From an uncultured bacterium (GTDB lineage Bacteria > Oederibacteriota > Oederibacteriia > Oederibacteriales > Oederibacteriaceae), in the NCBI GenBank assembly GCA_965112635.1, contig OZ218778.1:1824001-1888000 (forward strand): a stretch of 64,000 nucleotides of DNA, in the 5' to 3' direction. Position numbers and translations under genes: made by a program. Of the stretch, positions 59,210 to 64,000 are shown in pieces (the first letter of the stretch is position 1; each line of letters begins with the position of its first letter). A model generated the notes under the pieces. That model had not been told where the DNA came from and did no database searches. It saw only the letters and a list, made by a program, of their open reading frames with translations.

Positions 59210-59589
59210 TGTCCAGGGACCAGAGCCACACAATCGATCTCCAGGCTGAAAGTTCCCATGCCTGCCTGGACAGTGGTCCGGCTGGGGTAAGGTTCATGGA
59301 CGAAATTTTTATATACCTCGTTGAATTCAGAGAGGTTTTTAAAATCCGAAAGATATACATTTACCTTAACCACATTCTCCCAGGAAGTTTTGCTGGCCTC
59401 TAATAAAGAGCCCACATTGATCAAGGCTTGTTCTGCTTGGTCCTTGAAGGTCCCCTGTTTGGGTTCTCCAGTTACAGGGTCAACCGGAAGCTGGCCGGAA
59501 ACAAAAACGAGCGGTCCATCGACTTTCATGGCGGGTGAATAGGGGCCCTTGGGTTTGGCGCCCTTGTTTGAAAAGACGGCCTCACGCAT
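59206..59589 (-). CDS. RidA/YjgF/UK114-family enamine/imine deaminase
   Basis: GPYSPA, FVSGQLP, VVKVNVYL, NEVY..F...YPSRT, EIDCVA. Confidence 0.92.
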   Translation of the reverse strand: MREAVFSNKGAKPKGPYSPAMKVDGPLVFVSGQLPVDPVTGEPKQGTFKDQAEQALINVGSLLEASKTSWENVVKVNVYLSDFKNLSEFNEVYKNFVHEPYPSRTTVQAGMGTFSLEIDCVALVPGQ

Positions 59590-59718
59590 GCTTTTTCCCT
59601 TTCCGTAACTTGATAATCGATCCCTAACTCTCTATACTTTAACAGAAAACTATTGTAATCTCATTTGCAGGCACGAACAATACCTGAAGAAAAACCATTG
59701 GTAAAAAAGAAGAAAACC

Positions 59719-60885
59719 ATGTTCCCAGGGAAACGACGAATCATCGCCTTGTTGGTGGTCTTTGGGGCCGTTGCGGGTTGGTCGGCAGTCCATGCTCAGA
59801 CGAATACTGCGACCAATACGGATACTGACACTGAGACGGCTACTGCAACCGCAACTCCCTCCGCTTCCGCGACAACCACCATGACTCTTACAGTCACCCC
59901 AACTCCCACGGCTTATTTATCCCTTATGAAGGTTGTGACGCCCAGCGGGGTTATCCTTCTTCCCGCGACTACCCAGACCCCAGTCACTTTTACCATCAGC
60001 TATTCCAATACGGGAGGCGAAGTTCTGACCAATGTGATGATTTGGGATACGCTTAATACCGGTTTGTGCTACCTGACCACCACGGCAGGGGCAGCCCTGA
60101 CCGCCGACAGCGTCATTTCTTGCACTTCAGGTTCTTTCCTGGTCTGGAACGCGCCATCTCCTCTAGTTCCCGGGAGCAGCGGCAATATTGTTTTTTCAGC
60201 CCTAATTAATAATGTGCCCTATTACACCAATATAACTAATTTTGCGCTGGCCGGAGCCGACCAGCTAGCCAGCCCCGTGACCTCCACGACCACCAGTTCA
60301 ATAATTATTTATACCCTTCCTCAGGCGGGGAGCGCTCCTCCTACCTTTGTGTTGAATAATTTGTCCCTGCAGTTATCTTGGACCCCCGGCATAGCTGGAA
60401 GTTATCCTATAGCGGGATATCCTGTTTGGCGCAGCGCTGACGGTGGCTTTTCCTACTCGCAAATCACTTTGACCGGAAGCAGCATTACCAGTTGCACCGA
60501 CCAACTTCCCGCAGTCCAAACGTTTATTTACCTCGTGAAGGTGATGGATACCCTGGGCAATGAAGTCGCTTATCCGCCTCTTGTCCTTAAACCTTTGCCG
60601 GTCAGCATGGCACTGGACCACAACAGTTTTAATCCAGCCAAGGGCGGAACCTTGAACGTCAAATATCACCTCAGACAGCTCGGCAGTGTGTCCATCTACA
60701 TCTATAACCTCAGGGGAAATCTGGTCAGGAAATTGGTGGATGACACGGAGACTTTCGGGGAACATGTGGCCCAGTGGGACGGAAAGAACGGACAAGGAGA
60801 TACAGTCAGCAGCGGGGTTTATTTGTTCCATTTAGAAGCCGCGGGAGGGGATGCCGTGAACCAGAGAGTGGCGGTCATCAAGTGA
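59719..60885 (+). CDS. Secreted protein: short Thr-Xaa tract, DUF11-like domain, FN3-like domain, FlgD-Ig/T9SS-like CTD
   Basis: Signal peptide ending VHA-Q; TNTATNTDTDTETATATATP; VTFTISYSNTG...IWDTL; LSWTP...YPVWRS; LDHNSFNP...IYIYNLRGNLVRKLVD...WDGKNGQGDTVSSGVYLF...QRVAVIK. Confidence 0.85.
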   Translation: MFPGKRRIIALLVVFGAVAGWSAVHAQTNTATNTDTDTETATATATPSASATTTMTLTVTPTPTAYLSLMKVVTPSGVILLPATTQTPVTFTISYSNTGGEVLTNVMIWDTLNTGLCYLTTTAGAALTADSVISCTSGSFLVWNAPSPLVPGSSGNIVFSALINNVPYYTNITNFALAGADQLASPVTSTTTSSIIIYTLPQAGSAPPTFVLNNLSLQLSWTPGIAGSYPIAGYPVWRSADGGFSYSQITLTGSSITSCTDQLPAVQTFIYLVKVMDTLGNEVAYPPLVLKPLPVSMALDHNSFNPAKGGTLNVKYHLRQLGSVSIYIYNLRGNLVRKLVDDTETFGEHVAQWDGKNGQGDTVSSGVYLFHLEAAGGDAVNQRVAVIK

Positions 60886-61865
60886 TGGATAATTTCTTTC
60901 ACCCAGGAAAATGCAGGAAGATCAATCCCGTGATCTTTGCTTGCTTATTTGTATTGTTCCCAACTTTTTTTATTGGGGTCTTTCCCAGCTTGAGCTGGGG
61001 CGGGGGAGCAGGAACAACTGGCGCTGATATTATGGCAGAGGAGTTGGGGGCCAGGCCCAGGGGCATGGGAGGCGCTTATGGGGCTGTGGCCAATGACGCC
61101 AATGCCGTAGATTATAATCCAGCGGGATTAACTCAGATCCTAAGGTCCAATGCTACCCTAACCCACTGGATCGAATTGGACGGCACGACCCTTGATTTCA
61201 TTAGCTATGTTTTGCCCCTGGGAGCCATGGGGACCGTGGCGGGCAGTGCGACCCTCCGTCAAGTCCCTTCCATCAGCAATACGACCGCTGAACCGTCAGT
61301 CAATGTGGACGATATTCTGGTGGGTCTATCCGGGGCAACAAAACTGGAGAATTGGTGGCCTGGTTTGTCGGGCGGAATGTCCTTAAAATTTGTCAGCTCC
61401 ACCCTGGGAAACTATACGGCTTATACGGGAGCCCTTGACGCAGGGGTCCTCTTGGAGGACCTGCCCTACCATTCCAAGGCGGCTTTGGCCATGGAAAATT
61501 TAGGTATGCCTATCAAATACATTGATGTGGCCGACCCCCTTCCGTTTTGCTTAAGGTTGGCCGGCTGCAGTCAGATCTTTGAAGATAGCGTCAAGGAGCT
61601 ATTAGTAGCCGCTGATCTCGTTCAACCAATCAATGGCTACGCCAACTTGGACATCGGGGCTGAATTCATTTACCTCGGGTTCGTAGCTTTCAGGGGAGGT
61701 TATACCTTGGATTTTCAGGAAGGAACAAGGGGGCTCGTGGGCGGCCTTGGGATCAAGTATGTTTGGGATAAGACCGATTACAGACTGGATTATGCCTACA
61801 ACCCTTTTTACTGGAAAAATAGTTACACGCCCACCCATCTGATCTCTCTGTCCGTATTCTTTTAA
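60885..61865 (+). CDS. PorV/UPF0164 (FadL-like) outer-membrane barrel
   Basis: TGATG overlap with the upstream CTD gene; LGARPRGMGGAYGAVANDANAVDYNPAGL; ALDAG, MENLG, AFRGGY, RLDYAY, THLISLSVFF. Confidence 0.87.
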   Translation: MDNFFHPGKCRKINPVIFACLFVLFPTFFIGVFPSLSWGGGAGTTGADIMAEELGARPRGMGGAYGAVANDANAVDYNPAGLTQILRSNATLTHWIELDGTTLDFISYVLPLGAMGTVAGSATLRQVPSISNTTAEPSVNVDDILVGLSGATKLENWWPGLSGGMSLKFVSSTLGNYTAYTGALDAGVLLEDLPYHSKAALAMENLGMPIKYIDVADPLPFCLRLAGCSQIFEDSVKELLVAADLVQPINGYANLDIGAEFIYLGFVAFRGGYTLDFQEGTRGLVGGLGIKYVWDKTDYRLDYAYNPFYWKNSYTPTHLISLSVFF

Positions 61866-61876
61866 GGCTTGCGGGA

Positions 61877-62626
61877 ATGAAAAATATATTTTGCAGAAGC
61901 TTATCAATTATCCTGAGTCATTTGCTTCCCACGCATTGCCAGCAATGCCAGAAGATCCTGCGGGCCGCTCCAAACCCCTGTTTTTGTACGGAATGCTGGG
62001 GCAGTATCAAGGTGGTCCGGAAACCGTTTTGCCAATACTGCGGGAAACCTTTCCCGTCTTCCCCTGGATTGGAGAAAAGCGGTCCCTCGCTGTGTTATTT
62101 CTGTAAGAAGAAAAAACCTTGTTTTGAAAAAGCAAGGGTAGCGGCGTTGTACGAGGGGGTCATGAAAAAAGCCATTCGTCTTTACAAGTTCGAGGATAAA
62201 GAAAGGCTGGCGCGCCCCCTCGCTGTTTTCCTTGAAAAAACCTGGAGGGACGAACCGGAGTTTGCGGGGTGCGAGGGGATCGTGCCCGTTCCTTTGTTTT
62301 GGAAAGTCCGAAAAGAGAGGGGATTTAACTCTGTCCTGCTTTTGGCCCAAGAGACAGGCAGGCTGTTGCGCTTGCCTGTCCTGGGTTACGGCTTGAAGAA
62401 AATCAAGCCCACCCTGCCGCAAAGGGGATTGAAAAGGAAACAGCGGTTGAAAAACATCCAGGGTGTCTTCGCGGCGGGCTCTGAATCCAATAAGATTGTC
62501 GGGAAAAAGATTTTGCTTGTGGACGACCTTTTTACAACTGGCGCCACCGCAGGCGAGTGCAGCATTGTCCTTAAACAAGCCGGAGCAAAACAGGTCTTTG
62601 TCTTGACCTTGGCCCGGGGAGCCTGA
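61877..62626 (+). CDS. comF: ComF-family double-zinc-ribbon phosphoribosyltransferase-like protein
   Basis: Four CxxC pairs, IVPVPL...ERGFN, ILLVDDLFTTGAT, VLTLAR. Confidence 0.92.
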   Translation: MKNIFCRSLSIILSHLLPTHCQQCQKILRAAPNPCFCTECWGSIKVVRKPFCQYCGKPFPSSPGLEKSGPSLCYFCKKKKPCFEKARVAALYEGVMKKAIRLYKFEDKERLARPLAVFLEKTWRDEPEFAGCEGIVPVPLFWKVRKERGFNSVLLLAQETGRLLRLPVLGYGLKKIKPTLPQRGLKRKQRLKNIQGVFAAGSESNKIVGKKILLVDDLFTTGATAGECSIVLKQAGAKQVFVLTLARGA

Positions 62627-62649
62627 GCCCAGAGAAAACAGGTTGGTTA

Positions 62650-62678
62650 TTGACAAGGAACAATGCATTGTTTAACAT
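62650..62678 (+). promoter_or_regulatory. Sigma70-type promoter
   Basis: TTGACA-17 bp-TAACAT upstream of AAGGAGG and ATG 62714. Confidence 0.6.
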
Positions 62679-62713
62679 TTGCTTCAAAACCAAACTTTAA
62701 AGGAGGGTTAAGC

Positions 62714-63259
62714 ATGAGGAAGATTGTTTTTGTTTTGGCGGTTGTTGTGGCCATGCTGTTCGCTTTAAAACCGGCACTGGCAAGAAAGAATGTGGCTGAG
62801 GAAGGCAGTGGCGGTATTGAGCAGATCGGCATTGGGTTGGATGCCATTCAGAATGCCAGTGGATCCGTTCCGGCTGCCGCTGTGCGGTTACAGATGGATA
62901 AGTTGAATGTGGACGGCCTGCTGGGACTGCAGACCACCTCTAATCCCAGTGTGACCAATTTTGGGATTGGCGTGCAGGGCGGTTACCTGATCAAACAGAC
63001 CACCAACCTCAAAATAAGGGCCATGGGAAGATTCACCCTGGGCACCTACTCAGGGGGCGGCGTGAACGCCACGACGATCGGGCTAGGAGGGGGATTGAGC
63101 GCCGAGTTATTTTTATCCAATATCCCCGAACTTGGACTGGAAAGCAGCCTGTTGCTTGGATTGCTTTCCTCATCCGGGTCAGGCCAGTCCAGCACTACTT
63201 TTGGAATTATGGGAAATGGGTTTACTCCGTTAACGCTGGCGATCCATTATTATTTCTAA
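62714..63259 (+). CDS. Small outer-membrane beta-barrel protein
   Basis: AAGGAGG RBS; signal peptide ending ALA-R; Gly-rich amphipathic strands; C-terminal IHYYF. Confidence 0.75.
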   Translation: MRKIVFVLAVVVAMLFALKPALARKNVAEEGSGGIEQIGIGLDAIQNASGSVPAAAVRLQMDKLNVDGLLGLQTTSNPSVTNFGIGVQGGYLIKQTTNLKIRAMGRFTLGTYSGGGVNATTIGLGGGLSAELFLSNIPELGLESSLLLGLLSSSGSGQSSTTFGIMGNGFTPLTLAIHYYF

Positions 63260-63280
63260 AAAATAGAACAGAAGTTTCTT

Positions 63281-63318
63281 AAAAAGGCCTTATTGCTTGT
63301 TGGGAATAAGGCCTTTTT
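63281..63318 (+). terminator. Intrinsic (possibly bidirectional) terminator
   Basis: AAAAAGGCCTTATT-loop-AATAAGGCCTTTTT. Confidence 0.85.
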
Positions 63319-63367
63319 CTTTGGCATAATATTGACTTTATCATTTGGCAAGCTACAATTTGCTCTA

Positions 63368-64000
63368 ATGAATAACCCTTTGCGAAAAAACCCTTTAAAA
63401 TCTATAAAAAATAGAAAAGCGGGAGCCGTTTTTTTATCGGTGCCAGTAGTCATTTTGCTGGTTTTGTCTGGTTTTTTGCCCGCATCCTCCGCTGTAAAAA
63501 AAGAGCCGGCCCGTGTTGTCCCTCAAGATAATTTGAACGGCAGTATCATCGGCATTCCCCTGAGCAAGGAAGTCAACGCCACCTATATCAATACCGGGCT
63601 TGTCCATGGGGCAGAGCCGGGTATGCAATTCGGCGTCTACAGAAACGGTTCTTTGATCGCCGTATTAGAGATCACCATCGTGATGCAAAGGATGTCCGCG
63701 GTCAAAATCGTACAGATGGAAAAAGGGGAATCGCTCCAAATCGGCGACCAAGTGGCCTTATTGCGCGGCGCTCCCGTCAGGCTTATCCCTAAGCGTAAGC
63801 CTGCAGAAGAAAGGCCCAAGCTTGCTCTGGGTCCGGAGAAACCGCCTGCTTACCTGCCTCAAGGACCGGCCAACGAACGGATCGCCCTACTGGAAAAACG
63901 GGTCGATGAACTGGAAAAATTGCTGGCCAAGACTTACGCCATGATCCCCCAAGCCGGACCCCAGGAATTGGCAGTTCCGCCCTTGCCCGAGTTTCCGGTG
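63368..64000 (+). CDS. 3'-truncated secreted/membrane protein with a FlgT-C-terminal-like beta domain (absent from the ORF track)
   Basis: Manual translation: MNNPLRKNPLKSIKNRKAGAVFLSVPVVILLVLSGFLPASSA...YINTGLVHGAEPGMQFGVYRNGSLIAVLEITIVMQRMSAVKIV...LQIGDQV; no stop seen before the window end; TTGACT-16-TACAAT upstream. Confidence 0.65.
   Translation, partial: MNNPLRKNPLKSIKNRKAGAVFLSVPVVILLVLSGFLPASSAVKKEPARVVPQDNLNGSIIGIPLSKEVNATYINTGLVHGAEPGMQFGVYRNGSLIAVLEITIVMQRMSAVKIVQMEKGESLQIGDQVALLRGAPVRLIPKRKPAEERPKLALGPEKPPAYLPQGPANERIALLEKRVDELEKLLAKTYAMIPQAGPQELAVPPLPEFPV

Noticed and set aside
1-64000. Diversity-generating retroelement, prophage, IS element or defence island explaining the repeats and GC shift
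   Set aside because: No reverse transcriptase, integrase, transposase, phage structural or nuclease motifs were recognised; the repeat copies do not show evident adenine-specific variation.

Overview
Bacterial (diderm) chromosomal window, almost entirely coded on the + strand. Housekeeping genes include a four-subunit 2-oxoacid:ferredoxin oxidoreductase, thiS-thiG-thiE, tsaB-rimI, serA, purA, secA and comF. They are interleaved with an unusually dense set of cell-surface genes. Five ORFs end in a ~90-aa FlgD-Ig/T9SS-like C-terminal domain (CTD) with a terminal (K/R)(K/V/F)xA/IVxK-type strand. Four of the five carry strictly alternating Thr-Xaa tracts, the largest filling ~4,280 of 4,514 residues. 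Two PorV/UPF0164-like beta-barrel genes sit directly behind CTD genes of one particular CTD subtype. Strong AGGAGG-type RBSs and TTGACA/TAnnnT promoters argue against a Bacteroidota host. The gene style suggests an Elusimicrobia-related candidate lineage such as FCPU426, Goldbacteria or Firestonebacteria; this is inference only. The best candidate for an undescribed system is therefore a T9SS-like cargo/barrel export and display system with giant Thr-Xaa filaments. Nearby are a secreted pentein (deiminase-like) enzyme, an RsbW-HAMP-SpoIIE/STAS partner switch and a FecR/beta-barrel module. No rRNA, tRNA, CRISPR array or transposase was recognised. All family calls come from visual motif recognition; no searches were run.
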